This document shows positions 45,156-58,450 of a DNA stretch of 64,000 nucleotides, piece by piece. The notes under the pieces are model-generated. The model did no database searches. It saw nothing but the letters and a program-made list of their open reading frames with translations, and was not told where the DNA came from. The first letter of the stretch is position 1. Every line of letters starts with the position of its first letter. The stretch is from contig OZ024743.1 of assembly GCA_964016885.1 (NCBI GenBank), forward strand, positions 199,578,001 through 199,642,000. The letters are read 5' to 3'. Position numbers and translations under genes: made by a program. This DNA is from Eledone cirrhosa (taxonomy: Eukaryota).

Positions 45156-45471
45156 TATATATATTATATTTATATATACACACACATACATATATATATA
45201 TATATTATATTTATATACACACACATACATATATATATATTATATTTATATACATATATTATATTTATATACACACATACATATATATATATATAATATA
45301 TATATATATCATATTTATATACATATATGTATGTATATATATATATAATTATATATTTATATTCATATATTATATTTATATACACACGTATATATATATA
45401 TAATATATATTTATATACATATATGTATATAAATATATATATAATTATATATATATATATAAATGTATAAT

Positions 45472-45507
<36 letters not shown>

Positions 45508-46048
45508 ATCATCATCATGATCATGATCATGATCATGATCATGATCATGATCATCATCATGATCATGATCATCATGATCATCATCATCATCATCATCATA
45601 CACCTGCTTTTCTCTGCTTGCATATATAATTATATATGTATACACACACACACACACATACATATATATCTCTCTCTCTGCTGCCACAATCACAGTAACT
45701 CACTCTCTCCACTCCCACCTCTCCACCTCAAACATTATGGGAAATTTAGGCTTTCTAACTCAATAATATAATTGTTATTCTGTTATATTTTCTATTTTAT
45801 TCTTTTATTTCAATTTGTTATTTATTTTCTCTATCTTGCTTTCTCTCTCATATATACCCATGTGTGTGTATATATGTATATATATGTGTGTATATATATG
45901 TATATGTGTGTGTATATATATGTATATGTGTGTGTATATATATGTATATGTGTGTGTATATATATGTATATGTGTGTGTATATATATGTATATGTGTGTG
46001 TATATATATTATGTGTTTATGTATGTGTGTGTATATATATATATATTA

Positions 46049-46083
<35 letters not shown>

Positions 46084-46712
46084 TATATGTGTGTTTATGT
46101 ATGTGTGTGTGTATATATATATATATATTATATATGTGTGTTTATGTATGTGTGTATATATATTATATATGTGTGTTTATGTATGTGTGTGTGTATATAT
46201 ATATATATATTATATATGTGTGTTTATGTATGTGTGTATATATATTATATATGTGTGTTTATGTATGTGTGTGTATATATATATATATATATTATATATG
46301 TGTGTTTATGTATATGTGTGTATATATATATATATTATATATGTGTGTTTATGTATATGTGTGTGTGTATATATATATATATTATATATGTGTTTATGTA
46401 TGTGTGTGTATATATATATATATATTTGTGTATATGTGTGTGTATATATATATATATATTATATATGTGTGTTTATGTATGTGTGTGTATATATATATAT
46501 ATATTTGTGTGTATATATATGTATATGTGTATATATATGTATATGTGTGTATATATATATATATAATATGTGTGTATATATATATACTACATATGTATAT
46601 ATATTATGTATGTGTGTGTGTATATATATGTGTGTGTATATATATATACTACATATGTATATATATTATGTATGTGTGTGTGCATATATATATATATATA
46701 TATGCACACACA
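45066..46712. repeat. Microsatellite cluster: TA/CA, (ATC/ATG)n at 45508-45599, TG/TA minisatellite at 45860-46712
   Basis: Seen directly. Confidence 0.93.
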
Positions 46713-47132
46713 CTCACATGGGTGAAGTGAGACGATGATAAAAATCCACTCTTGCAGAAAGAAAAAAAGAATTAAAACCAGATTCTTTTGATGTCTTAAT
46801 AATAGTAAACATCTCTCTTTCTCTCTTGGAATCGGTGAACAATAGTCTGTCATCACTTTACATTGTTTTCCCAGGTTAAAAATTGTTATTCCTACTGTAT
46901 ATAGTTTAGTTAGATTACACAGTCGACCACATTTTACTGCCTTTCTTATATTTTCCAGAAAAAAAAATGTCTTATTCTTTTAAGCATTTAACATCACAAA
47001 ATATATAGTTAGAACTTTTTATTCATTCATTTTTCTTCTCTCTTTCTCCATCAATTAAAGCAACTTTGAAGTGGGGAAGGCCATGTTTAATTCTTTTAGA
47101 AAATATTATTGTTATTATTATTATTATTAGAG

Positions 47133-47293
47133 TGTGGCCGGACGCCATGCTTTGGGGCATATAGTTAGGGCCCTTTTCATTCTAAGTTCAAATCCTGCTG
47201 AGGTTAGTTTGCCTTTCACCCTCATGCGGTCGATAAATAAAGCACCAGTAATGTACTGGAGTCAATATAATCGACTTTCCCCTTCCCCCAAAC
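47133..47293 (+). mobile_element. tRNA-derived SINE, long-tail variant, abutting a piggyBac-type MITE
   Basis: Family core; the 3' end is replaced by MITE sequence. Confidence 0.8.
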
Positions 47294-47299
47294 TTTTCC

Positions 47300-47512
47300 C
47301 ATTTACATTACTCTCTATATACTATTGCATTTTTGTGGTAAAGGCTTTATCTTACATAATTATCTCACATAATATCGAATCTACAAGATTTTGATGTTAT
47401 TTATTTTGAGAACAATACTGTATCATAAGTATGAGCAGCCAGTTACAGCTGGTTTGAACAAAATGAGGTGAGAGAATTCTGGCCGGATATGGCCGGTTCA
47501 AATGCTAAAGGG
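47300..47512 (-). mobile_element. piggyBac-type MITE, family 1 (one end lost)
   Basis: Reverse homologue. Ends AATGCTAAAGGG|TTAA. Confidence 0.8.
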
Positions 47513-49082
47513 TTAAATAAGAAATCATTATCATTCTGTTTTTGGCAGAATTGTTAAAGCATCAGATAAAATGTTTTGCGATTTTTGTTTTGGCTCTTTA
47601 TGTTCTGTGTTTAAATACCATCAAACACAACTATACTTTCGTCTTCCTAGGGTTGATACAACAATTTATCATCAGTCAAAATTAAAAATTAAAATTTTTG
47701 ATTTAACTTAATGCTAAGTTTCACAATAGCCTGTTCATTAGTAAAGGTGTTATAAACATTTGAATTAACAAATTCGTTTTTAGATATTTTCTGCTAAATC
47801 ATTACAGGATGTTAAGAATTAAATTATATTTTGATCTTTGGGTGATAAGTTCATTCTCATGAATCAGTATTTGTTTGTTTGTATATTTATTTATCTATTT
47901 TCATTATGATATGAGGCTAAGAACTGAGGAGTTGACCTGACTTTGTTAGGGTGATGGTTTAGAACAATAGAACAGTTCAAGAAAAGTACCACATTGTATT
48001 TAGAAATAATTAATGATTTCAATATTTGAAAAAGAAAGCTGAAAGGAAAGTTTTACTCTTTTATTACAAACCCACCTGAAATTATTCTATAAACAAAAAT
48101 GCTCATTTTAAATAGTTGATAACTTACATTAAAATTATGACATTTTTATCAACTAATGTTCCAAGCATAAGCTTAATGAGAAAGGTATTTATTTTACTGA
48201 ATTCTTACATATCTTTGATTATTTTAAAAACTAATTGAAAGATAGGTAGTATCTTTTATTAGAAACATGGTCACACTAGGATTAAGGATTAATACTCATA
48301 AGGGAAAAAATAGAGATTGTTTAAAAAATATCAATAAAAATGTCACCCAAGAGTTAAAAAAGAAACTTGTTGTTAGTGTGATTTTTTTTTTTTTTTTTTT
48401 TTTTTTAATGTTTTTTATTGAATAAACCTCACCCTATTAGGATAGTCTCTCATAGGTAACATAAAGTAAAGTAACATTCTATAAAGTTAAAAAAAAAAAC
48501 ATGGAATATATTTATATTCATGACAGTTAACTTTGACTGATTTACATAGACATATGTCACTGATTCAATGAAATGTCATATATGTAGTTCACAGAATTAC
48601 TAAGATATAAGGGTGAGTATTGTACAGAATGAGTGTGTGATATTTAACACTCTTCATATATACCATGAACAGAGTTCAATAGCTTTGTACTGTAAAGCTT
48701 AAAATAGGTATTGAATGTTTTAAACCTTTGGTTTAGAGCAGCAGTTTGGAGGGAGGGGAGGGGGCAGCCAGTTTAATCAAACCAAATACTTGACTGGTAT
48801 ATTGTCTACCTAGGAATGATAATAGGCAAAGTTGACTATGATAAAATTTGAAATCAGAATATAAAGAGCCAAAAAGGTTAACATTCAACCACACAATTAT
48901 TAAGTAATAATAGAATAAATATGCCACAGCTGTTTGACTCAGCTTTTGGAATACTAGCGCATGGATGGCAGTGACCATCCCATATTTTTATGTACTGGAA
49001 CTTCAGGACCACATCCTGCATTTCCCCTTTTATGATTGTAAAGTGTATATAGCTGTTTTTAGTAGTTCAAGCGACTACTTCA

Positions 49083-49285
49083 CCCTTCAGAATTTACATT
49101 ACTCTATATTTACTATTATATTATCATGGTAAAGGCTTTACCTCACATAATATTGAATCTGTGAATTTCATATCTATTTTGAGAAAAATACCTTAACATC
49201 AGTATGAGCGGCCAGTTATGGCTGGTTTGAACAGAAAGAGGTGAGAAACTTTTGGCCGGATATGGTCAGTTTAAATACTAAAGGG
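49083..49285 (-). mobile_element. piggyBac-type MITE, family 1
   Basis: Reverse homologue of 31843-32063. Ends AAAGGG|TTAA. Confidence 0.8.
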
Positions 49286-50119
49286 TTAAATGTGCTCCAT
49301 TGGCTAATAAACTTTAAAAGCTTAACGTGTTTGAAAATGAAACCGCCTGTAACAGGCTTAATACTTATATTTTTCTAAAAACCTTCCATCATAATTTTAT
49401 GTAATACTTTTATTAAGGTATGTTCCAAGTTGCAGATAAATGAGTTTTAGTTATATTACTAAATCTTTTAAAATTCTTGATTATTTTCAAAATGGTTTGA
49501 AAATTATAACTTTATTTTTTTTATAAGCAATATGATAATGAAAAGGTTAAGTCATTTGGTGTATTTCACAATCTATACAAAAACACCTGTGACAGAGTTT
49601 GAACACAAAACCTTTCAACTGTAACATCTTGACCTTTTTTATTCATTCAACCCTATTAAGTTGGTACATAAGGGGTTTTCATTACATCGTTAATGACTAC
49701 AAATATTAAGATTTCCTAGATAATACATCGTTCTCATTGAACTATAACAATTCATGAAAATTGTGATTATTTTTATTTCTTTATATTTTTCTTGTTATTG
49801 TTGCTTTTTATTTAGTTTTGTTGTTTTGTTTTGTGTGGTTGATACAGAAGCTGGACTACTGACCCTATAGGTCATGAGATCAAATTCTACCTCATTGTGA
49901 TGCACCCATACATTTCATTTTACATTTTATCTAACACTCCTTCCTCCCACACATGTATGTATGTATGTATATATATATTTTAATTTATATATTGTGTGTA
50001 TAAAATATCTTAATATATATATTTTTTACTTTGTTATTTACTAGCCTCGATCATTGGACTCAGGCCATGCTGGGGCAATATATATACATATATACTGATT
50101 TTTGTTTCTTTTATTTCAG

Positions 50120-50805
50120 TTTCAATGCCTGTGATTAGCCAATCATGTTCTTCATCCAAAATCTCGTCACCGGTCAGCGTGGAATCACGCCGTGTCTCAT
50201 CTTCTCCTCACATTGCTACCTCACCATACCACTTGACTGCAGCATCAATACCCAGAACATTGCCATCCCCAAGTCTTCAGCACCATAGTCCTGTCTCATC
50301 TCCTCACGCCAATCCTGCGATGGCCACCACTGCTACCGCTGTACAAGCCAATCACATCTGGGCAAACAACTCGGCTGGATACAACTCGTCTGTTGCGGTA
50401 GCGGCTGCAGCAGCTGCTGCTGTTGCTGCCGCTGCTGCTGCTAGTGACCAAGACATGCCCTTAAATCTGTCCAAGCCAAGATATGAAATGAAGCTGGAGA
50501 AGTCTTCTTCTGAAGACTCAGTAAATTTGAGTGCATCTCAGTCAAAGGTAGAAGCAATTATAACTCCACCCCCCGCTCACAGTAACCATCAACAGCGTTT
50601 GCCATTAACATCTTCCCCTACAGAAATGTCCGCTTTGGTTGGTAACCGGACACCTTTTGGGGTTGCTCCACCTCCTCAATATGTGAGCAGCCCGTACCTT
50701 GGTCTTCCTAACCATGCTGCAGTTCCTGTTGGACTGTCCCTCAATAATCTTTCACCACATACAACAAGTTTAAATGGGAAACCTTCTCCATCGGAATCAG
50801 AAAAG
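50120..50805 (+). CDS. SoxD: SoxD exon A (first exon visible; Ser/Pro-rich, poly-Ala, PLNLS motif)
   Basis: Acceptor ttttatttcAG|T at 50118-50119 (phase 1). Open frame matches ORF 50125..50817. Donor AAG|GTAACT at 50806 (phase 0). Encodes DMPLNLSKP, resembling the QPLNLS motif of vertebrate SOX5/SOX6. Confidence 0.9.
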
Positions 50806-51370
50806 GTAACTATTTAAATATATTTCCACTTTCTAGTATATCCTTGTTATCCTACCCCAGAGTTTCGTTTTTAGATTAGATGTTACATTTTCTCCATAGT
50901 CCTCTTCCTAGCACAAAATAAAATTCTTAATACAACAATAAATTTTATTTCTCGTATTTTTGTCTGTGTACTCCTTTTAGAAACTAATTTTGAAGGACCA
51001 TAGTGTGTCTCTATTAAAACAAAAGTAGTAAAGAATGACCTCCCGCCCCCTTCTTCCAAATTAATCTTACCTTTTACCCTTTTATGGTAATATTTTTCCT
51101 GAAAATACCTTGAATATATTTCAATTTATTTCGAAAATTATCAATAATTTGGAAGATTTTAGTAATAACTTTTATTATTTAAAAAAAAAAAGATTTCTGT
51201 GGCAACCCAACCCCTGGCTCATTATAAGACTTACCCTTTACTTGTCAATCCTTCCACCAGTTCAGTGTAACACCCGGCCCTGCCCCAACCCATCTAGCCC
51301 CCTCCATTGGTTCATCGTAAACCTGTACAGTTACTTTATTACAATTTCTTAGGATTTCTTCTATTCACAG

Positions 51371-51575
51371 GACAGTTTGGTCCAGGAGGTTCTCGTAAGA
51401 CAGCTCTCGCAGTCTGTTAACAACCAAGTATTTCCTATGCATTTACCCATGTATGCAGTTCCATCAACAACGATGCCTCAGTTATCACAGCTAGCTGCAT
51501 GCAAAGACAACAGGGTTATGATGCCAGCAGAGATGTCTCATGAAGAGAACCACACCTATGTCCAACATTTGCAGA
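51371..51575 (+). CDS. SoxD: SoxD exon B (alternative in-frame acceptor gives start 51353)
   Basis: Acceptor ttcacAG|GAC (phase 0, matches exon A). Encodes DSLVQEVLVRQLSQ...YVQHLQ. Donor CAGA|GTAAGT at 51576 (phase 1) joins exon C as A|GC = Ser. Confidence 0.85.
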
Positions 51576-51736
51576 GTAAGTAGCTCTCTGTCTTTTCCTA
51601 TTGTCTAGTGGTGGATTGGTAGAATCAGTAGTACTGGAGGTGGTGGTGAAGAATATTTTAGTTTTCATACTTCTGTACCAATCAAGTATTCTTGTAATGC
51701 CTGTGTTAAATATCATTATAACATTATTATTAATAA

Positions 51737-51921
51737 GGGCGGTGAATTGGCAGTATCGGTAGAGGGTCAGACGCCTTGCTTTGACGCATAGTTATGGCCC
51801 TTGCCATTCTGAGTTCAAATCCCACCGAGGTTAACTTTGCCTTTCATCCTTACGGGGTCGATAAATTAAAGTACCAGTAATGTACTGGGTAATTGCTGGC
51901 CTTGTGCCAATAGTAGAAACA
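51737..51921 (+). mobile_element. Full-length tRNA-derived SINE with 14 bp TSD, in a SoxD intron
   Basis: A-box-like TGGCAGTATCGG and B-box GAGTTCAAATCC. Core ctttgcctttcatccttacggggtcgataaa-taaagtaccag (Nin/Deu-domain-like, from memory). TSD ATTATTATTAATAA at 51723-51736 and 51922-51935. Confidence 0.9.
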
Positions 51922-52307
51922 ATTATTATTAATAATTATTAAAGTAGTAGACAAAATGTTTTGGTGACAGGAAGGGCATCTAGTTATAGAAAATTTTCTA
52001 AACAAAAGGTCAAGAGGACACTTCAGCTGTGTCAAAGACATAACCTCCCAAGTTTTGTCAGATTTTTGAATTTCCAAAAATATCCAAACTATGCTAGGCT
52101 GGAAAAGACAAAAAGTTTGTTTCTTTAAGAAAATGTCACTGTAAAAACATGTCAGCAAAAACTTTTTGTTGTACAAAAACTACAATGTCTATTTCACCAT
52201 TAACTGAATGAGGTGCCATCAGATGATAAAATGTTTGCGTCCATGTTTGTATTACACCACATTATTATAGTATAGTCTATAGTGTCAAGTGGTTGTTTTC
52301 GTACCTC

Positions 52308-52490
52308 GATAAAAAGCACCCAGCCGACACTGTAAATATGGTTGGTGTTAAGAAGGGCATCCAGGCCAGAAATATTTCTGTATGAGCAAGATGTGGTATT
52401 CTGAGCTGATTTATCACAACTTGTCTAACTCATGCCAGTTTGAAAAAATGGACGTTAAACAATGGTGGTGATGATGATGATGATGATGAC
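52308..52490 (+). mobile_element. Second SINE family (Meta-domain-like core, (GAT)n tail); other pieces near 7500-7665, 21100-21210 (-), 28000-28110, 41850-42097, 57120-57160
   Basis: Recurrent ggttggtgttaggaagggcatcca-like core and catgccag...ggacgttaaac-gatgatgat tail. The family name is from memory, not from a search. Confidence 0.65.
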
Positions 52491-52536
52491 AATGAAAATT
52501 TAGTTCAAGGTTTTTTATAATATAAATTATTTATAA

Positions 52537-52773
<237 letters not shown>

Positions 52774-53185
52774 TGAGGCTTATAAACCTTTAAAATTTTA
52801 AAATAAACATATTACTCTTTTTTTTAATGGTTTCATGAATACTTAGATATGCAGAAATGGAAATAACATTAACGATTGAGATACATACACAATTTATGAC
52901 AAGGGGGATATATAAGTCTATATGTACAAATCTTACAGTAATATAAATTGTAAGAAATAGAATATATCATTTGTTTGTTTCCATTACTGACATTCATAGC
53001 TCATGTGTATGAAACATTTCCAAATATTCATTATTTAACTACAATTATGTATTTAAGGGTTTAGATGGGGGGAATAAATTTTGATAAAATAATCAGAAAG
53101 TTTTGTTGTGTCTTGACATTTTATTTTAGTTGTTAACTGAAAAGATTGATCTAACATGAATGTTTTAATGTATTTTTCATTATAG

Positions 53186-53291
53186 GGGCCAAATGGAAAG
53201 CTATGTCTAATGCTGAAAAACAACCGTATTATGAAGAACAATCTCGTCTAAGCAAGTTACATATGGAGAAACATCCAGATTACCGGTATCG
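53186..53291 (+). CDS. SoxD: SoxD exon D, C-terminal part of the HMG box
   Basis: Acceptor ttatAG|GG. Encodes (G)[34 protein letters not shown](R). Donor CG|GTAAGT at 53292 (phase 2). Not listed in the ORF track. Confidence 0.97.
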
Positions 53292-54315
53292 GTAAGTGTA
53301 TTCATATATTTGTTAGAATATATAATTCATCATCTTCACCATTCAATGTCTATTTTCCATGCATTCATGGATTAGACATGTCAGGTGGCCATGTTTTGCT
53401 CATACATACCATTTTTGGTTTGGTTTTCCATGGTTAGATACCCTCTGTAACACTAGCCACTCATTTGCAAAGTATGGCCTCTACTACTTCTAAATTGTTC
53501 ATCTAAGTAATGCTTTAGGGATTTAAAATATACCTGTGCATTGTAAAATTTCCATCATATTAAAATTTAAAGTCTTTAGTTTACTGTAAAGATTCTCTAA
53601 ACATTTGAATTAATCAGCAGGATATGAAGAGTTAAACATTTTATATGAGATGGTGCCATATATAAAGCAACCTTTTCTTGTGGTATTGAAATTATAATTC
53701 CATCTTGATATGCTTCTGATTCTAGTTGAGAACAAATATATATTGTTGGTGTGCTTCTCTCTAGCTTGTATTTCGGTTTTAGTTCCATATTTTAATTTAT
53801 AGCTAAATGTCATAAATAATTAGTTCTGAAAATTGCTGCTTAATTGAGAGCAAAATGCCATTGACAAATATGCAAATTACTGGCTGTGAAAGACGAAGAA
53901 AACATTAAATGTTCAAGTTTCACCTAAACGGCCATACTAGATAAATTCATTACAATTTTAATCTAAGAATCTGGAGAAGTATTTTAAATCGTAATTTTTA
54001 GCTAAGTTTCATAATAGGTTACAACTTTGTCAGTTGGAAATAATGAGACAGTATTGTGTCATAGTCTTAAGAATTTTACTTTTAACACTTGATATTAACT
54101 TGCCTCTAGTTTTTCAAAACAAAACCACCCAGGTTTTCATTTAAATAAAAATCTAACAGCATAATTTTATTTATGAAACTTTTGTTAACTTATGTCACAA
54201 ACAATAACCCTTCAAAATTCTTCATGAATTAGTTAAAATATAGTGTATCTCATTAGAAATATGATAACGAAAGGGTCAATGTATCTTAAATCTTATTTCA
54301 CTCTCTTCTTCACAG

Positions 54316-54449
54316 ACCAAGGCCAAAAAGAACATGCATAGTAGATGGGAAGAAACTGCGGATATCAGAATATAAAGCTTTGATGAAAAGCCGAAGACAA
54401 GACATCCGACGAGTTTGGTACAATGAAAGTGGAACAACTTATGTGGAAG
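54316..54449 (+). CDS. SoxD: SoxD exon E, HMG tail and SoxD-specific extension
   Basis: Acceptor cttcttcacAG|A. Encodes [44 protein letters not shown], carrying the SoxD signature [20 protein letters not shown]. Donor G|GTAAAT at 54450 (phase 1). Confidence 0.96.
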
Positions 54450-55365
54450 GTAAATCCTCCTAGAATATATTTATAGACTTTTATAGCAAATATTTGAAAC
54501 AGAAATAAAGTTATATTATTACAAAAAGAAGAAAAAATTTTCTTCAAGGAAGAGCTTTGCTCAGAATATACAGATTCTTGATTTCACAACAGCATATGAC
54601 CTTCTCTAAAAAATAACATCTGAACTAGAAAATATGAATCTATTACAGAATAGAAGAATTCCAAACTCACAATTATAATTGTTTATTTATAATTGTTTAT
54701 TATTAACAAAACAAATAGTGCATAATTATGGTAGCATTTAAATTGTAGATATAAGTTCATAAGTCCAAAATCTGAGTTTTATTGCATTCTTTCATTGGAC
54801 TTAAGCAGAGGTGGTAGGAGTATCTTGTCCAGTGTGTGCATGAATTTGTATGTATATGTATAGATGAATAAGGAGGCATGGATACAATAAGTAGCAAAGG
54901 TAGTAAAGGGCATGATCTAGGGGATTCACAACCAATAGGCTATGGGGTTGGTTCTTGGAATGAATGACAGTGTTCTTAAGCAAATCACTTCATTTTACGT
55001 TGCTCCTCTCCACACAACTGGGGGAAAAAATGAATACCAGCAACAGCAGCTGGGGTTTCAGCACACTACCAAACTTGTATCAAGTTGGGAAGGAATGGTG
55101 ATAGAAGGGGAGAGGCTTTTCATGATAGGACTAGGGCTCATCACTAAAACACGAGAGAAACTTCCTATCAGATACAACTTTGTAAGAAGCCAGCTAAACC
55201 CATATAGTCGTAATCTGCACCAACAACAACACCAAGATTGTATCATAAGTTAAGTACAGACTGTTGTCTTAGAATCAGGTATATCTTTACAATTGGTTAT
55301 TTTAGGTTGCCATCCCCCCCCCCCCTTCTATATCTATCTATCTATCTACATATATATATAATATA

Positions 55366-55451
55366 AATTCCTGAAGATATGTAGGGCAAAGGACAGAACA
55401 TGGTGTATATCGTGGTATGGCCCAGTTATACATTGAAACATATATGGAATT
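55366..55451 (+). ncRNA. Degenerate hammerhead in a SoxD intron (sense strand)
   Basis: AATTC-CTGAAGA-[tATGTA GGGC...GCCC agtta TACATt]-GAAA-CATATA-TG-GAATT. Position 17 is G, which is non-permissive for cleavage. Confidence 0.55.
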
Positions 55452-56086
55452 AAAATTGTTTTATGTATAACTTGGTTATTCTCTCTCCATTGTCTGATGT
55501 ATTTCATTGTTTTATTATTTCTCCTTTCTTTGACACTTATACTGTTTCTTTAAAAACATCCTTGACATGAAGCCAGCTGTGCTTCTCTGATTCAACAATT
55601 GCTCATTTTAAAGTGTTCATACTTTAAACAAAATCATTCATTATAGTTTCTTAAGTTATGATCTAAACACCAGACTAAAAATGAAAAATAATTAGTTGGT
55701 TTTACTAATTGGTGGTTGTTTTATTTATAAAATGAATTGCAAGACATAAAAAATACAAGTCATGTAATTATTAGATATATTGTCATGAAGGAATAGTGCC
55801 ACGATCTTGCTTAAAGTGCAAATTGTTTCAATTTTACCAGTGGAAGAATCACTCAAAGGATAACATAGGCTACAGTGTATATTTTTTATTTCTGTTATTT
55901 TTGTTTCAGTATTTATTTATTTGCATTAGTTTATTTGTTCTGTGTTGTTTGATTTGTTTGCTTGTTTCTCCTTTGTTTTATAAACCAATCCACCCACCTT
56001 CACATTTGAAATGGCTTTAGATAACAAGAGCAAATCTACAGTTTAAATATTTGATATGATATTAAATATTATACCATATTTACATT

Positions 56087-56124
<38 letters not shown>

Positions 56125-56954
56125 GTATGTATTATTTGTATGCATATATGTATGTTTATATATATACACATATATGTATGTATGTATATGTAATTGGTGG
56201 TAGTGTATGTATGTACATAAAGATTGTGAAGTCAGTGACGGAAGATTTGTCAATATATTTCGAAAGAAAGTAAATTAATAAGAGGACCACATAGTTTGAT
56301 TACATTGGGAGAATCAATTGTTTATATTGATCTCCTCTTGATTGACTCTCCATTCAGAAAAAGATGTGTGGTCTAGTGGTTAGTTTGTTAGACTGACAAT
56401 ACCAAAAATGTTTGATTACTAGTCTAGGTGGCAAGTAGCTTTTTTGAGCAAGATACTTCATGCAGATCTTTTTGTAATAGGACTAGGGAAATCTTTATTA
56501 AACCAAACAAGAAACCTTGTGTGATATGCAAACTCATAGAATGGCAGCTAAATATGCATATACTGTGAGCTGTGAATTTCATTTATTCATTTCATAAGGA
56601 GGATAATTCTAAATTCCTCATAATTGCATGGTCAGAAATCCCATTTTTTGTTTGTTAGGAAAGCAAAATATTTGGCAGTTGTTATTTCTAGGTTTTTATG
56701 CATTGCTCATTTTAGAATGTAGCATTGTAGCAAAGAACCAAGCTTTCGGTTTACGCATGTGTGTATTTGTGTATGTGTGCATATATGTAATTGTATTATT
56801 ATATGTATGTATATATACTACACATATACAGATCCGTGCATGTGTATATATATGTATATATATCTCAGTGTGTTGTATGGAATGCACACTATATGCTTTA
56901 TTATATACAAGCAATATATATATATATATTATTCACATTGCTTTTAATTAACAG

Positions 56955-57029
56955 ATGTGGCAATGATGAACAAATCACTAGGAAATGAAATCTCATTAGA
57001 AAATAGTAAATATGGCAGTCTTTGGCCAG
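56955..57029 (+). CDS. SoxD: Probable SoxD exon F (75 nt, symmetric phase 1-1)
   Basis: Acceptor ttttaattaacAG|AT and strong donor CAG|GTAAGG. Stop-free in the required frame: (D)VAMMNKSLGNEISLENSKYGSLWP(G). No homology evidence. Confidence 0.65.
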
Positions 57030-57229
57030 GTAAGGTTTTGTTTTCTCACCTGTGTAGTTGTCATTGTTTAGACATCCTGTCTTGTTATGCCACTCTGTTT
57101 ATGTGTGTGTCATAAGAAGTCATTAAATGTGGTGTCAGGAAGGGCATCCATCTGTAAATCATTGTGCGTATGTGTGTGTGTGTATATGTGTATGTATGTG
57201 TGTCTGCATATATTATATATGTGGATATA

Positions 57230-57269
<40 letters not shown>

Positions 57270-57906
57270 TGTATACACACTCACACACACACACATATTT
57301 AATTAAGTTACTTAGATGTGCATTTGATATGACGTAAATATCTGTTTAATTGGTTTAACTTGAGAGCTTGTCTCTATATGAACCACCATACCCAGTACAT
57401 TTTTATAAGTAGTCAACTCTCCCAAATTTACTTCCTGCTCTGCAGATGCTGATAAATATATACATATATGGGTTTAATGTTGGTGTTGAACCACTGAAAT
57501 CTCACAATGTCATTCACGTTGTAATGTGATTCTAACCCTTTCATTATCAAAGTATCTTAAATAAATTTAGAATAGAAGGATTTTCAATAAATACAAACAT
57601 TTAAAAATAAATAACTTGCATAGAACCAGTAGCGGTTTTAACCAGTTTAGTAATACAAGTGTTGATGGAGATTTTTTTTTTTTTTTTTTATTGATTATGA
57701 ACAATTTAGCATGGGTGGTTTTAGATGTGTTGGTTTTCAAAAGACTAAATAAATATCATAGATGGTGTCTATCTATCTATTTGTCTGTTTATATCACTGT
57801 TTGCCCATCTCTCTGTTTATCTATGTATCTGATAGTCTGTTTATCTATCTATCTCTATATATGTCTATCTGTATAACTATATATATTCATTTCTTTCTTT
57901 CTGAAG

Positions 57907-58148
57907 GAAGTGAAAACAGCTCACCCTATGACACAAACCAACTACTAGGGTCCAGTATGTCTGGTAAAGATGGCAAAGATTCAGAATTCCAAGGTAAAAT
58001 GAAATCCGATGAGACAAACAGTGAAGATGGCGATGGTAGTGACATAAATGACATTATGTCTGATGTGAGTCTGGACGCCTCATACAGCACGGCTGGAAGC
58101 AACAGTTCGCACATGCAGCTAGGTGAAGTTGCCGCATCTGTATCATAG
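57907..58148 (+). CDS. SoxD: SoxD terminal coding exon (acidic/Ser-rich tail)
   Basis: Pyrimidine tract ttctttctttctgaAG|GA (phase 1). Encodes (G)SENSSPYDTNQLLG...SEDGDGSDINDIMSD...AASVS, with TAG at 58146-58148. An acidic C-terminus is typical of SoxD. Confidence 0.85.
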
Positions 58149-58404
58149 CCAACAACATTGATACAGAAGAGGACCTTAACTCAATAGGACTGACTGTCTG
58201 TCTGCCTGTCTGTCTGTCTGTGTGTCTGTGCTCTCTGATTTTGACAATATGGCCAAAGGTGACCGACACTCTGAGCAGGCCATGACAAAAAAGTAGGGAA
58301 AATATGACATTGGATAAGAGAAGAAAAATGATTGTATGTATGTGTATATATAAATGTATATATGCATACATGCATATGTATATAACTACATATATATGGG
58401 GATG

Positions 58405-58450
<46 letters not shown>

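Noticed and set aside
51737-51830. tRNA gene suggested by the A and B boxes
   Set aside because: No cloverleaf. It is the head of a multi-copy SINE with TSDs.
56223-56269. Possible extra SoxD exon
   Set aside because: Weak acceptor with no pyrimidine tract, and the donor phase is incompatible with the next exons.
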